This document shows positions 47,191-57,660 of a stretch of DNA of 64,000 bases, piece by piece; position 1 is the first letter of the stretch, and each line of letters opens with the position of its first letter. The stretch is from an uncultured Candidatus Saccharibacteria bacterium (GTDB lineage: Bacteria; Patescibacteriota; Minisyncoccia; Phycocordibacterales; UBA12088): the NCBI GenBank assembly GCA_964411375.1, contig CAYPKR010000001.1, positions 40,227 to 104,226 on the forward strand. The letters are read 5' to 3'. A model generated the notes under the pieces. That model ran no database searches. It saw only the letters and a program-made list of their open reading frames with translations, and was not told the origin of the DNA. Both the position numbers and the translations under genes were made by a program.

Positions 47191-47892
47191 ATGCTACAGG
47201 CAGTGATTCTCGCCGCAGGCGAAGGTACACGGATGCGTCCCCTCACTATTGAGAAACCGAAACCGCTTATCAATGTCAGCGGCACGCCAATTTTGTCCCA
47301 CATAATGGGGCAACTTCCGCATTCGGTGAATGGAATCGTTCTAGTCATCGAGTATAAAGGCGGAATGATTCGCAAATATTATGGCGATGAATTTGAGGGT
47401 CGCCCCATAGAATATGTAGAGCAACGGGAAAGAGGAACATTCGGCGCGCTCGCATCAGCAGAAGAATATCTGACCGAGCGATTCCTTGTACTGAACGGTG
47501 ACGATCTTGTTTTCGAAGCCGATCTCAAAAACCTACTTCGCAAACGCACCGCAATACTCGCCGCAAGACACAGAGAGGCGCAGAATTTTGGGGTCATTTC
47601 GAAAACAGTCATCGGTGCAAAACTCCTCGGGATCGAGGAGCAACCAGAACGTCCGAGAAGTAATCTCGTGAATACTGGCGCCTATGTACTCACAAGGGGG
47701 ATCTTCGAATATCGCCAGTACGCTACACGCCGCGGCGATGAACTACTTTTGACGCCAGCGATAACCGCCTATGCCAAGGATCACCCTATGGATGTTGTCG
47801 AGACAAATTGGTGGTGCCCCATCGGCACACCCGAAGCAATTCCAGTTGCCGAACAGATGCTCCTCAGGCGAGAGCGACTCGATCTCGATTAG
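47191..47892 (+). CDS. Sugar-phosphate nucleotidyltransferase
   Basis: AVILAAGEGTRMRPLT..PKPL, LNGDD, VNTGAY. Confidence 0.88.
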   Translation: MLQAVILAAGEGTRMRPLTIEKPKPLINVSGTPILSHIMGQLPHSVNGIVLVIEYKGGMIRKYYGDEFEGRPIEYVEQRERGTFGALASAEEYLTERFLVLNGDDLVFEADLKNLLRKRTAILAARHREAQNFGVISKTVIGAKLLGIEEQPERPRSNLVNTGAYVLTRGIFEYRQYATRRGDELLLTPAITAYAKDHPMDVVETNWWCPIGTPEAIPVAEQMLLRRERLDLD

Positions 47893-47956
47893 TCAGAGCA
47901 CATGAAAGCGAAAACACCCCCGAACAGATCGTTCGGGGGTGCCTTCATTTTGATTT

Positions 47957-48214
47957 TTATTTCTTGACCATTGCGGCTACCTGCGACTTCTTTCGTGCGG
48001 CGTTGTTCTTTTTGATAAGTCCGCGCTTTGCTGCCTTGTCGATTGCTTGGTATGCAGCAGGAAGGAGTTTTTCTGCACCAGCCTTGTCCCCTGCGGCGAC
48101 CAACTTCTTAACCGCCTTAATAGACGTATCAAGAGCTGTTTTGCGGCGAAGGTTGAAGACGCGCTTTCGGTCGGAAACGCGAAGTGCTTTTTTGGCTGAT
48201 GTCGTAATCGGCAT
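47957..48214 (-). CDS. rpsT: 30S ribosomal protein bS20
   Basis: SAKKALR, IDKAAKRGLIKKNNAARKKS. Confidence 0.97.
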   Translation of the reverse strand: MPITTSAKKALRVSDRKRVFNLRRKTALDTSIKAVKKLVAAGDKAGAEKLLPAAYQAIDKAAKRGLIKKNNAARKKSQVAAMVKK

Positions 48215-48284
48215 TCCGGTAATCTACCACAAGCCTATAAAAAGGCAAATGGGCGAATACCGGTCGGGACGGTATGATGGAGGA

Positions 48285-48848
48285 ATGATCGCAAGTATTA
48301 GAGGTACGGTTACGGGAGTAAGCAAATCTTCACTCATTATTGATGTTGGTGGCGTTGGCTACCGAATCTACACAACCGAAGCAACAGCGCTATCCTATTC
48401 CGTCGGCTCCCCTGCAGAATTATCCACCTACCTTGCCGTTCGAGAGAATGCACTCGATCTATTTGGCTTTGAAAATACCGCGGAACTTTCCTTCTTTGAA
48501 CTCCTTCTCGAAGTTCCCGGAATTGGTCCGCGCTCAGCACTCAATATATTGTCGATCGCTGACATAAGAACACTTCGCGAAGCAATTGCTTCAAAAAATG
48601 CAGGATACCTCACTCGTGTTTCTGGTATTGGAAAGAAGAGCGCTGAAAAAATTGTTATCACGCTCCAAGACAAGGTGACAAAGGGTACGCCGATCGGCAA
48701 TCTCGATTCTGAAGCCGATGCACTTGAAGCACTGCGTGCACTCGGATACTCTCCAAAAGAAGCGCGCGATGCGCTTCAAGAAGTGCCGCGGGAAATTACT
48801 GATGTCGGCGAGCGTGTTCGCGCAGCACTCGGACTCCTTGGAAAATAA
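48285..48848 (+). CDS. ruvA: Holliday junction protein RuvA
   Basis: MIASIRG, DVGGVGY, VPGIGPRSA, ALEALRALGY. Confidence 0.96.
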   Translation: MIASIRGTVTGVSKSSLIIDVGGVGYRIYTTEATALSYSVGSPAELSTYLAVRENALDLFGFENTAELSFFELLLEVPGIGPRSALNILSIADIRTLREAIASKNAGYLTRVSGIGKKSAEKIVITLQDKVTKGTPIGNLDSEADALEALRALGYSPKEARDALQEVPREITDVGERVRAALGLLGK

Positions 48849-48860
48849 TTAAATCGACTA

Positions 48861-50135
48861 ATGCATAGTTTGCGTAGAGTAATAAAAAGTCTCGTTCCGA
48901 AAGGAATGCTTGATGCCATACTTCCCCTCTATCACCGTACCCTCGTTTTTCTGGGCGCGGTTCGCTATGGCTTTCCTTCGAAAGATATAAAAGTCATTGG
49001 CGTCACTGGAACAAAAGGCAAATCAACAGTCGTTGAACTCATCCGCGCAATCTTCGACGAAGCAGGATATATGACTGCGTCCGCCGGAACCATTCGATTT
49101 ACAATCGGCGAAGAAGAGCGGCCAAATCTCTTCAAGATGACCATGCCAGGGCGTTTTTTTATGCAGGAATTTCTCCATGACGCGAAAGTTGCCGGCTGTC
49201 AGTATGCGATTATTGAAATGACGTCTGAAGGTGCGAAACAATTTCGCCACAAACATATCGAGCTTGATGCGCTGGTCTTCACCAACATCGCTCCTGAACA
49301 TATCGAATCGCACGGTTCATTTGAAAACTATTTGGCAGCTAAACTCTCACTTCGTGATTCTTTGAACGAATCGACAAAGTCGTCACGCTTCATGGTTGCC
49401 AATCGCGATGATCAACACGGTGCTGATTTTCTTTCAGTTCAAAAAGGAGTAACGCCGATTTCGTTTTCTCAGAAAGATGCTGAACCGTATGCAGTAAATG
49501 ATCGTGGTATTCTCTTCACGATTGACGGAGTAACACTCCATTCTCCCCTTCTTGGTACATTTAATCTCTACAATCTTCTTGCGGCAGTGAAGATTGCTCG
49601 TGCGTTTGGCATTTCGTATGAAGCGATCAAATCTGCGCTTGCAAAAACGACCGAAGTTCAAGGACGCGTACAAAAAATTGAAGCGGGGCAAAAATTTCAA
49701 GCAGTAGTGGATTATGCGCACACGCCAGAATCGCTTGAAGCCTTGTACCGCGCATTCACTGGAAAGCGAATCATTGCGGTTCTTGGAAACACTGGCGGCG
49801 GACGCGATACGTGGAAAAGGCCGGTGATGGGAGCGATCGCCGAAAAATATGCGAGCCATGTCATTCTCACCAATGAAGATCCGTATGACGAAAATCCAGA
49901 TGCGATCATTGCAGAAATGGCAGCAGGCATGAAAGAAAAAATTCCCGAAATAATTCTTGACCGACGTGAGGCGATCAAGAAAGCACTCTCGCTCGCAGAA
50001 CCGCGCGATGTGGTTTTGATTTCCGGCAAAGGCACTGATCCATACATCATGGGACCAAATGGTACCAAAGAGAGGTGGAGTGATGCGGAAGTAGTGCGCG
50101 AGGAACTCTCGGCACTCCTCAAAAAGACGCTATAA
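48861..50135 (+). CDS. murE: MurE-type Mur ligase
   Basis: GVTGTKGKST, EMTSEG, VDYAHTPESL, GGGRD, NEDPY, GKG. Confidence 0.9.
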   Translation: MHSLRRVIKSLVPKGMLDAILPLYHRTLVFLGAVRYGFPSKDIKVIGVTGTKGKSTVVELIRAIFDEAGYMTASAGTIRFTIGEEERPNLFKMTMPGRFFMQEFLHDAKVAGCQYAIIEMTSEGAKQFRHKHIELDALVFTNIAPEHIESHGSFENYLAAKLSLRDSLNESTKSSRFMVANRDDQHGADFLSVQKGVTPISFSQKDAEPYAVNDRGILFTIDGVTLHSPLLGTFNLYNLLAAVKIARAFGISYEAIKSALAKTTEVQGRVQKIEAGQKFQAVVDYAHTPESLEALYRAFTGKRIIAVLGNTGGGRDTWKRPVMGAIAEKYASHVILTNEDPYDENPDAIIAEMAAGMKEKIPEIILDRREAIKKALSLAEPRDVVLISGKGTDPYIMGPNGTKERWSDAEVVREELSALLKKTL

Positions 50136-50142
50136 TCTCGCT

Positions 50143-51042
50143 ATGGAAAAGGGCAACGGCGATATCGTATTTTTCATACTCATATTTATTGCAATCGGTA
50201 TTGGATGGTTGGTATCAACGAACACGCCAACCACTTCAACCAATTTTTTTAGCGCACTTGTTCCTGTTTCGTCGCAAAGCACCAGCTCGGGCGCAACTAT
50301 CCAAAATCCGGGAAGCAGTACTTCAAACACTTCTTCCGGTAGTACAGCAGGAACAAATACCAAACCTCCAGTCTTCAAAGTGACAATCGATCGATCGTGG
50401 TCAAATCCGAAGACAACCACGATTGATACAGAATATGTCGTCGTGTACGCGGATTACCAAAACACCGGACCGGTGTCTCTTGCGGGTTGGAAAATCCAAA
50501 GTGCAGTTTCTGGTGCTTCCTACATAATTCCCCAGGGAGTACGAGTACCGACTGCCGGACAAGTAGGTACGGTTGAATCAGTTTCTCTTCGCCCAGGAGA
50601 CCGAGCGATTATCACGAGCGGTCGCTCTCCCATCGGACAATCATTTCTTGAAAATAAATGCACGGGATATTTAGGACAGTTTCAAAATTTTTATCCAAGC
50701 CTAGGGAGAAGTTGTCCGCTCCCAAGTAGCGAGCTTCCCTACAGTATTGATAACGCTCGAACCTACGGTGATGCGTGCTTCGACTATTTGAATCGAATAG
50801 ATCAGTGCACCGTGGCAACAAGCGGCTCGATTCCGAATACTCTGCCGCAAGCGTGTCAGATGTTTATCTCAACGCGACTCACGTACAACGGATGCATGAA
50901 TGCACACCGAAATGATTCTGATTTTTTTGGAACAACGTGGCGACTCTATTTGAATCGTGAAGGAGAAATTTGGCGCGACCGACGCGAAGAAATTGATCTC
51001 ATCAATGCGAGTGGTGTAATTGTCGACAGCTACTCGTACTAG
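50143..51042 (+). CDS. Membrane-anchored surface protein (lamin-tail-like, Cys-rich)
   Basis: N-terminal TM, S/T linker, EYVV..VSLAGWKI, several Cys. Confidence 0.7.
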   Translation: MEKGNGDIVFFILIFIAIGIGWLVSTNTPTTSTNFFSALVPVSSQSTSSGATIQNPGSSTSNTSSGSTAGTNTKPPVFKVTIDRSWSNPKTTTIDTEYVVVYADYQNTGPVSLAGWKIQSAVSGASYIIPQGVRVPTAGQVGTVESVSLRPGDRAIITSGRSPIGQSFLENKCTGYLGQFQNFYPSLGRSCPLPSSELPYSIDNARTYGDACFDYLNRIDQCTVATSGSIPNTLPQACQMFISTRLTYNGCMNAHRNDSDFFGTTWRLYLNREGEIWRDRREEIDLINASGVIVDSYSY

Positions 51043-51054
51043 CTACTCTGGAAC

Positions 51055-52074
51055 TTAGAAATCTTCTGGTCCGCCCTCCACATGATCAGCGGCCGTGTAT
51101 TCCTTGATAGAAACTCCTGATTGCCGAGCTTTCTCTCGATTTGCCTGATCAAGAAATATGAGCTGGCCACCAGCACTCAATTTTCTCTTAAATTCATTTT
51201 CGATTTCATCTACATATTGCACATGTTTTGCTTGTGCCTCTGGCGAGGTGAATGATCTTTCGTCCCACCTACTATTCCATTGGTAAAAAGCCTGCACCGC
51301 CTTGAAAATTGCTTCTTTAGTGGGAGTGTGTGGACCGAAACTATCTACCATAAAATGTTCGGCGGCTTCACCAGCATTTTTGGCAGGTGCTCCTGTCTCT
51401 ACATCAAAATCAAGTGCAGGTTGTACATACTCAACTTCAGAATATGACTTCTTATCATCTCCTTCTGCGATATATGCGCGCTTCCATCCGACAGTATTCC
51501 AAAATTTCTCCGACGTCGAGGTGCATTCACCAGCGGCAAAGACTAGTTCTTTTCCTTCTGCTTTTGCAGATTTCGCAGCATCCAGGATTGCTGATATATA
51601 TGCTTCACGTGCCAGACCACCCTGTCTCGCATTTGGATCAGTGACTGCATATGCGACCATAAACATCAACTTGTTGGTCGGGAGCCCTTCTTCGTCCATG
51701 AGATCAAGTAGGCCACCAGTAACGGTCGAAACAACTACCCCTTTTTCATCCTTAATTACATGAATACGTTGGGGAATGTCTTCAAATCCCTCTGGAGTTT
51801 TCCCTTCAACGGAACTGCGTAAGATTTCTTCCGGATCAACTTCTGCAGCGCCGAATGTTTTCTCGAACAATCCCTGAACCTGGGAGAGATCTGGATGATC
51901 AGACTGTTCGAGTGATTCGATCGTAAACCGCCTTTCCCCTACTTCGATCTGTGTACTGGGAGAGTCCGGATGCAGTCTTTTAAATTTGCTTTGTGCAATA
52001 AGACGCTCAATATCTTGTTCTGCAGGTGTCTTTTCAGGGGCGGCTTCCTGGGTAGGAAATTGTTCGAGTTTCAT
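51055..52074 (-). CDS. GNAT-like acetyltransferase-fold protein
   Basis: YAVTDPNARQGGLA acetyl-CoA motif; KFWNTVGW. Confidence 0.6.
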   Translation of the reverse strand: MKLEQFPTQEAAPEKTPAEQDIERLIAQSKFKRLHPDSPSTQIEVGERRFTIESLEQSDHPDLSQVQGLFEKTFGAAEVDPEEILRSSVEGKTPEGFEDIPQRIHVIKDEKGVVVSTVTGGLLDLMDEEGLPTNKLMFMVAYAVTDPNARQGGLAREAYISAILDAAKSAKAEGKELVFAAGECTSTSEKFWNTVGWKRAYIAEGDDKKSYSEVEYVQPALDFDVETGAPAKNAGEAAEHFMVDSFGPHTPTKEAIFKAVQAFYQWNSRWDERSFTSPEAQAKHVQYVDEIENEFKRKLSAGGQLIFLDQANREKARQSGVSIKEYTAADHVEGGPEDF

Positions 52075-52090
52075 ACAGCCATGATAGCGT

Positions 52091-52567
52091 CTAATTGTTA
52101 GGACGGGAATTAAAAAGTATTACCCCAGCCGATACTGATACATTAAGCGATTCTTTTTTCCCGTACATAGGAATTTCGGCAATAACATCTGCCTTCTCTA
52201 AAATTTCAGATGGAATCCCCGTAACTTCGTTTCCAAATATAAACGCCGCACTTTCTTTTATAGTGATTGATTTATAGTCGACAGAATTTTCTGCCTGTTC
52301 AACGGCAATAATCTGAACTCCGTCTTTTTTGAGTTTTTCAATGAGTGCCACAATGTCAGGATGTTGTTCCCACGATACGGATTCTTCAGCACCAAGCGCT
52401 GCCTTGGCAACATCCTTTCGTTTTCTTCCAAATCGATCGAGTGGAGTCGGGGTGTAGCCGGTTAGATATATTTTCGAAATTCCTGCCGCGTCAGCAGTGC
52501 GAAAAATGGCGCCGACATTTTCTGCGCTTCGTATATCGTGGAGAATGACTATATGTTCGGTATCCAT
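52091..52567 (-). CDS. TrmH/SpoU-family RNA methyltransferase
   Basis: DIRSAENVGAIFRTADA, FGNEVTG, EIPMYGKKESLNVS. Confidence 0.92.
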   Translation of the reverse strand: MDTEHIVILHDIRSAENVGAIFRTADAAGISKIYLTGYTPTPLDRFGRKRKDVAKAALGAEESVSWEQHPDIVALIEKLKKDGVQIIAVEQAENSVDYKSITIKESAAFIFGNEVTGIPSEILEKADVIAEIPMYGKKESLNVSVSAGVILFNSRPNN

Positions 52568-52613
52568 AATTCCCATGTTCACACGCGCGTCCGCACCATG
52601 CTAGAGTGTCTTC

Positions 52614-52991
52614 ATGTTTACCATATTTCCCGATCTCTTAACATTTAGTTTCTTTGCGCCAACTATTTTGCGAATCTTTGCTGGCACCTTTTTTCTCTTT
52701 GCTGCATTCACATTAGTCGCACGCACGAGACGACACACTGCTGAATCAACGCCGTTTACGTGGTACTGCATTTTGGCTGAAACAGTTGTCGGAGTGTTGC
52801 TTCTTGTAGGAGCGTGGACACAGATCGGTGCAATTCTCGGTTTTTTCTTGTCCGCAAAATTATTGTATTTCTCAAAGAAACGGTCACATCTCGCACCAGA
52901 ATCGGCAGGTGCCTATATTCTCCTCATCGGTATCTGTCTCTCAATCCTTATATCAAGCGCGGGCGCACTTGCGTTTGATTTGCCCCTCTAA
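52614..52991 (+). CDS. DoxX-like membrane protein
   Basis: PTILR, ETVVGVLLLVGAWTQ, GALAFDLPL. Confidence 0.75.
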   Translation: MFTIFPDLLTFSFFAPTILRIFAGTFFLFAAFTLVARTRRHTAESTPFTWYCILAETVVGVLLLVGAWTQIGAILGFFLSAKLLYFSKKRSHLAPESAGAYILLIGICLSILISSAGALAFDLPL

Positions 52992-53053
52992 ACTTATTTC
53001 TTATTTATGATATATTGTCGCCACGTTGGATTGCGGTGGCGATCTAATGAAAT

Positions 53054-53126
53054 CCGCCCATAGCTCAGTCGGTAGAGCGGCTCCCTTTTAAGGAGATGGT
53101 CCCAGGTTCGAATCCTGGTGGGCGGA
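53054..53126 (+). tRNA. tRNA-Lys(TTT)
   Basis: Cloverleaf; loop CTTTTAA; no encoded CCA. Confidence 0.93.
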
Positions 53127-53299
53127 CAAGCGTTAAGAAATCCTGACCTGCGTCAGGTTTTTTAATGCTTGTCCGCGGCGGAGGCATATCGCGAAGCGAT
53201 GCCGAGCCGGGGTCGCGACCACTTAGTTTTTGAGGAGCAGAGCGACGAATAAAACTTAGTGAGTCGTGACGACAAAGTCAATTTGAGAACACATTTTAT

Positions 53300-53947
53300 T
53301 TAAATCCCAAGTACAAATTCCTCTACTCCTTCCTTCATCTCCCCCCTTCCTCGCCGCGCTTCGTGGTAGACCGTTACTAATTTTTTGAGAAACTCCCGAA
53401 GTTCGCTTTCAGAAAATGCGCCAAATGTTTTCCTCTGGAGCATGGTTTTCAGTTTCCAAAACACCATGCCATGCAAAGCTTCAGGTGCTGATCCTCGATC
53501 AATCGCTTCGAGATACAAAACCCATGCAGATTTTTTGTCACGACGTCCTACTGCGTCAGCAAGGGCGAAATCATTCGGTCGAACTGTTTCTTTGGAAGCC
53601 GTAAATTCAAAAAACTTCTCCGCATATTTTTCTACTGCAGTTTTCGGTTTTTTGAGAAGTGCACCTTCTTTGAAGATAAAAATATTTTCTGATCCCTTGA
53701 AATCAGTAAGCCTGTGGGAAATCACTTCAAACGATTCTGTGTCATCAAATATATGCTCAAGAACCGCAATAAGCTTCCGCTCAAACAATCCTTGGCCGCC
53801 AACTAACTCGTCGATAAGCGTGTCAGTGATTTCCTCCGATACATGAACGATGCTTGCATCTGGTTTTTTAGCACGAAGAGTCGCGACAAGTGTGTTTGCT
53901 TTCTCCGCCACCTTTCGTGTATCTGTTCCTGAAAATACGTACAGCAT
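53300..53947 (-). CDS. holA: DNA polymerase III delta subunit (shortened)
   Basis: LYVFSGTD, GLFERKLIAV, FALADAVGRRDKKSAW. Confidence 0.75.
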   Translation of the reverse strand: MLYVFSGTDTRKVAEKANTLVATLRAKKPDASIVHVSEEITDTLIDELVGGQGLFERKLIAVLEHIFDDTESFEVISHRLTDFKGSENIFIFKEGALLKKPKTAVEKYAEKFFEFTASKETVRPNDFALADAVGRRDKKSAWVLYLEAIDRGSAPEALHGMVFWKLKTMLQRKTFGAFSESELREFLKKLVTVYHEARRGRGEMKEGVEEFVLGI

Positions 53948-54014
53948 GCACGCATTGTATCAAAAATGACGTAATGAATGGAAAGGGCGGCCGAAGCCGC
54001 CCTATTCGTCGAAT

Positions 54015-54125
54015 TCAGCTCCTCTCACTGCAGGAGCGACTCGTTCTGATTGTTGCTGGATCGAATAGTGGCTGGCTCACTCGAGCGAGCCACGAGAGAA
54101 AAACGTCCATTAAGTTATCAAGCAT
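54015..54125 (-). CDS. 36-aa small protein (not in ORF track)
   Basis: GGAG then MLDNLMDVFLSWLARVSQPLFDPATIRTSRSCSERS*; terminator 53985-54002. Confidence 0.4.
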   Translation of the reverse strand: MLDNLMDVFLSWLARVSQPLFDPATIRTSRSCSERS

Positions 54126-54137
54126 CCTGGTTTCTCC

Positions 54138-54251
54138 TCATTTCAGCGTCTGATCTCCCCGAGGAGAAACTCTTCTGATTAGCAGGTCGACGACCACAAT
54201 GAGAATCAAGAAAGCCAAACCAACTTTGACACATGTTCCTAGATCGGGCAT
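54138..54251 (-). CDS. 37-aa single-TM small protein (not in ORF track)
   Basis: GGAGG then MPDLGTCVKVGLAFLILIVVVDLLIRRVSPRGDQTLK*. Confidence 0.5.
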   Translation of the reverse strand: MPDLGTCVKVGLAFLILIVVVDLLIRRVSPRGDQTLK

Positions 54252-54311
54252 CTTTCACACCTCCACATTTCAAAAATCGAGTGTACTCCCTTTTTAAAAA
54301 TTGTCGAGAAA

Positions 54312-56717
54312 TTACACCGCCTTCATCTCTCCCCAATTTTTACCAACTTTCGCCTCGGCTTTAATCGGAACACCCTGCGTCTCTTTCGAAGTGAGGACTG
54401 ATTCCATGATTTTTTTTATTTTTGGAATGATAGTATCGGCATCTTTTGCAGGTAATTCAAAGACAAGTTCATCGTGTACCTGAAGTAAGATATGTGCATC
54501 TACTATTTTTTCTTCTTTGAAGAACTCGACGATGCGCGCCATTGCAATCTTAATCATGTCCGCTTGGGTACCTTGAATCGGTGCATTGATCGCCATACGC
54601 TCTGCCGCTGCGCGAATAAATGGAAGAGATGAGCGGATTCCCTCGAATCGACGCTTCCGCCCAAAATAGGTCAGCGTGTATCCATGCTTCGACGCAAACT
54701 GTTTTGTTTCTTCGAGATAATTTGCGAGGCCAGAAAATGTTTTAAAGTATTCGTCATAAAATACCTGGGCATCGGCGCGCGATGTACCGAGGTTATCTTT
54801 GAGCGCTGTCACACCCATCCCGTAGAGAATGCCGAAGTTAATCACCTTCGCACGGCGACGCATTTCGGAATCTACTTTCTCAGGCGGCACGCCAAACACC
54901 TGTGCCGCGACTGCGCGATGAATATCACCACCCTCTTTAAAAATCTCAATCAATTTTGTATCTTTCGAGAGAAACGCTGCGATGCGAAGTTCGACCTGCG
55001 AATAGTCGATTGAAGCAAGTATCGATCCTTTCTTTGCGATAAATGCATTTCGAATACGACGACCCAGTTCGGTTTTTATTGGAATATTTTGGAGGTTGGG
55101 ATTCAATGATGCCATTCTCCCGGTTGTCGTTCCCGCTTGAATAAAGTCAGCATGGAGACGATTATCTCCACCGAGTTGTTTCGGAATCGTATCAATGTAG
55201 GTGCCCAAGAGTTTTTGATATTCGCGATAGAGAAAAATGTCTTCAATTATCGGATGCATGTCACGCATCTTCTCAAGTTCTGATTCTTTGGTTGATTTTT
55301 GTCCGGTGCCCGTTTTTTTCTGATTTAGCGGTTTGAGTCCGAGTTTATCAAATAGAATATCGCCGAGCTGTTTGGGCGAGCTTACATTAAATTCCTGTCC
55401 TGCTGCCTTGAAGATGCGTTTTTCAATTGCACGGAGTTCCGCATGATATTCCTTTGCGAGCGCAGTGAGATACGGAACATCGATTAGCACACCGACATCA
55501 TGCATCTCTGTAGTAATCGGAATGAGTGGAAGTTCAATATCACGATAGACCGAATCTAATCTTTCTTTCTTAAGTTCTGCTTCAAGTTTTTCTTTTGCTT
55601 CAGAAACCGTGTCGGCTTTTGCATATTCGAGTACATCCATCCTTGTGGGATTTGTGAAATCAGATCGTAAGAGCCACAGTGCAACACTTGCTGCGTGGAG
55701 GGTTTCAGGATCGTAGGAATCTTCGACTGCTGGTTCTTGCTCTTGAATATTTTCAAGCAAACTATTGGTGCCAAACATTTCTTTGACGCGGATCGTAAGC
55801 GAACGAAATGCAAGCTCTGCAAAAAGTGTCGTTATTTTTTCGATACTAATTGCGTCGCGCCACCGATCTTTCGGAAGTGAAAAATCAATTGGCGCATCAC
55901 GGCGGATTGTTGCAAGCGCCTTTGAAAAAACCGCTTCTTCTTCGTGCTCACGAAGCAGTTCAAGTATGCGAGGTTTTATTCCCTTCTCAAGAAATCCTTT
56001 GTCACTTTTTTTCAGTTGCTTGTAGATAGTTTCAATCGATCCAAACTGCGATATCAAATCCGTTGCGGTTTTTTCACCGATTCCTGGAATACCAATGATG
56101 TTGTCAGATGGATCACCCCGAAGTCCTTTGTAATCAGGGAGAAGCTTGGGAAGAAATCCAAATCGTCCAAGCACTCCTGCTTCGTCATAAATAATGGTGT
56201 CCTGAATCCCCTTCTTTAGGGTGTAGACGCGCACCTTGGTGCCCTCAACGAGCTGAAGCGTATCCATGTCGCCTGATGCGATCAAGACTTCCAAATCTTT
56301 TTCTTTCTTTACTCGCTCGACGATGGTCCCAAGAAGATCATCGGCTTCAAACCCTTCGAGCGCGTAGAGTGGAATATTGAATGCTTCAAACACATCTTTT
56401 GAGCGCGTAATCTGAACCGAAAGTGCGTCATCTGTTTTTGCACGCCCTGCTTTGTAACCGTCATACACTTCATGGCGATAGGTTGGTTTCGGTAAATCGA
56501 AACACGCGATTATATAATCTGGTTTGAGTTCTTCCGAGATTTTTAAAATCATCGCGGCAAGTCCATAGAGTGCACCAGTCGGCTCACCTTTATTTGACGT
56601 AAAGTCTGGAAGCGCATGATATGCGCGGTGGAGAATCGCATGCGAATCCAAGAGGACGAGACGTCGCTTCTTTGCATTTTTGCCTTTTGATTTTTCCGTT
56701 TTTTTCTGTGCGGACAT
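54312..56717 (-). CDS. polA: DNA polymerase I
   Basis: 5'-3' exonuclease (LHRAYHA, EADD, GDPSDNI), DYSQVELR, KVINFGILYG, QVHDEL. Confidence 0.97.
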   Translation of the reverse strand: MSAQKKTEKSKGKNAKKRRLVLLDSHAILHRAYHALPDFTSNKGEPTGALYGLAAMILKISEELKPDYIIACFDLPKPTYRHEVYDGYKAGRAKTDDALSVQITRSKDVFEAFNIPLYALEGFEADDLLGTIVERVKKEKDLEVLIASGDMDTLQLVEGTKVRVYTLKKGIQDTIIYDEAGVLGRFGFLPKLLPDYKGLRGDPSDNIIGIPGIGEKTATDLISQFGSIETIYKQLKKSDKGFLEKGIKPRILELLREHEEEAVFSKALATIRRDAPIDFSLPKDRWRDAISIEKITTLFAELAFRSLTIRVKEMFGTNSLLENIQEQEPAVEDSYDPETLHAASVALWLLRSDFTNPTRMDVLEYAKADTVSEAKEKLEAELKKERLDSVYRDIELPLIPITTEMHDVGVLIDVPYLTALAKEYHAELRAIEKRIFKAAGQEFNVSSPKQLGDILFDKLGLKPLNQKKTGTGQKSTKESELEKMRDMHPIIEDIFLYREYQKLLGTYIDTIPKQLGGDNRLHADFIQAGTTTGRMASLNPNLQNIPIKTELGRRIRNAFIAKKGSILASIDYSQVELRIAAFLSKDTKLIEIFKEGGDIHRAVAAQVFGVPPEKVDSEMRRRAKVINFGILYGMGVTALKDNLGTSRADAQVFYDEYFKTFSGLANYLEETKQFASKHGYTLTYFGRKRRFEGIRSSLPFIRAAAERMAINAPIQGTQADMIKIAMARIVEFFKEEKIVDAHILLQVHDELVFELPAKDADTIIPKIKKIMESVLTSKETQGVPIKAEAKVGKNWGEMKAV

Positions 56718-56727
56718 GTCTGGGAAA

Positions 56728-57180
56728 TTACAACGTATCACTGATCCGAATTCCACGCACATCAGGACCTTCGTGTGAAAAAGTAATTCGAACGGCACTC
56801 GGAGGTAGGAGCGATTCTACTCGATCTGCCCATTCAATAAAAATAAGATTCTTAGGATCGGCGAGATCGTCCCCAAACTTTAATGTCGTGAGTTCTTTTG
56901 GATCTTCAATTCGATACGCATCGATATGAATGAGTGTGGTAAATGGCTCTTCGAGAAGCGGGTACCGACGCTCAATCACAAAGGTTGGACTCTGCATCAA
57001 ATCGGAAATTCCAAGCACTTCCCCACATTTTTGTACGAAAGTAGTTTTACCAGCACCAAGGTCTCCAAGAAGTGCAACAACAGTCGCTTCATTTGTATGT
57101 GCACCTTGCGCCAAAAGCGTCTGTATAAAAACATTGGCGACTTTTTTTGTTTCCGCGACGCTTTTTGAAATTACCTGCAT
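56728..57180 (-). CDS. tsaE: t6A biosynthesis ATPase TsaE
   Basis: GDLGAGKTT, SPTF, HIDAYRI, IEWAD. Confidence 0.95.
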   Translation of the reverse strand: MQVISKSVAETKKVANVFIQTLLAQGAHTNEATVVALLGDLGAGKTTFVQKCGEVLGISDLMQSPTFVIERRYPLLEEPFTTLIHIDAYRIEDPKELTTLKFGDDLADPKNLIFIEWADRVESLLPPSAVRITFSHEGPDVRGIRISDTL

Positions 57181-57257
57181 CGCTCTATTGTAGCAAAAAG
57201 AAAAATCGCCCGCGGGATCGGCTCGACTGATGGTCGAACCGATCCCAAACGGGACGA

Positions 57258-57660
57258 TTAATATGATGGCACCCGAAGATGGGGTACCGAGAATTGAGGA
57301 ACTGAATCTTGGGGTACCGATTGGTAACCGGCTGCCCCGCCTCGATATCGACCTGGAGGATTTCCGAAGTCGATGGAGAGATTTACGCTTTCGCTGTACG
57401 TCGCGTATCCACGAGGTGAAATAGTGGTCCGTAGCGAATGCCTGGCGACAATCTTGCGATTGCCGTTTGTGCATCCGGCCTGCGCTTGGCCGGTAAACTG
57501 ACCGCCGTAGACCGACGTTGTTGACCGAGCCTTAGCTTCTACACGGTAGTCGCTGTCCGCCGCCTGCTGACTGCAGAGAGCGGACGCGGCCTTGAGTGTT
57601 TCCTGCGGCCTGCCAGTGCAGGCGTTAGCCGTTAGGCACAGAAGTATCAGGGTACAGATT
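57258..57660 (-). pseudogene. Coding-like segment out of frame with the upstream lipoprotein (probable frameshift)
   Basis: Open frame ..LILLCLTANACTGRPQE..PSY* with no nearby in-frame start codon. Confidence 0.4.

Noticed and set aside
46924-48284. Long N-terminal extensions in the ORF track (46924, 47808; likewise argS, thyA, tsaE, yebC)
   Set aside because: They overlap tRNAs or neighbouring genes, and downstream starts match family N-termini and promoter spacing
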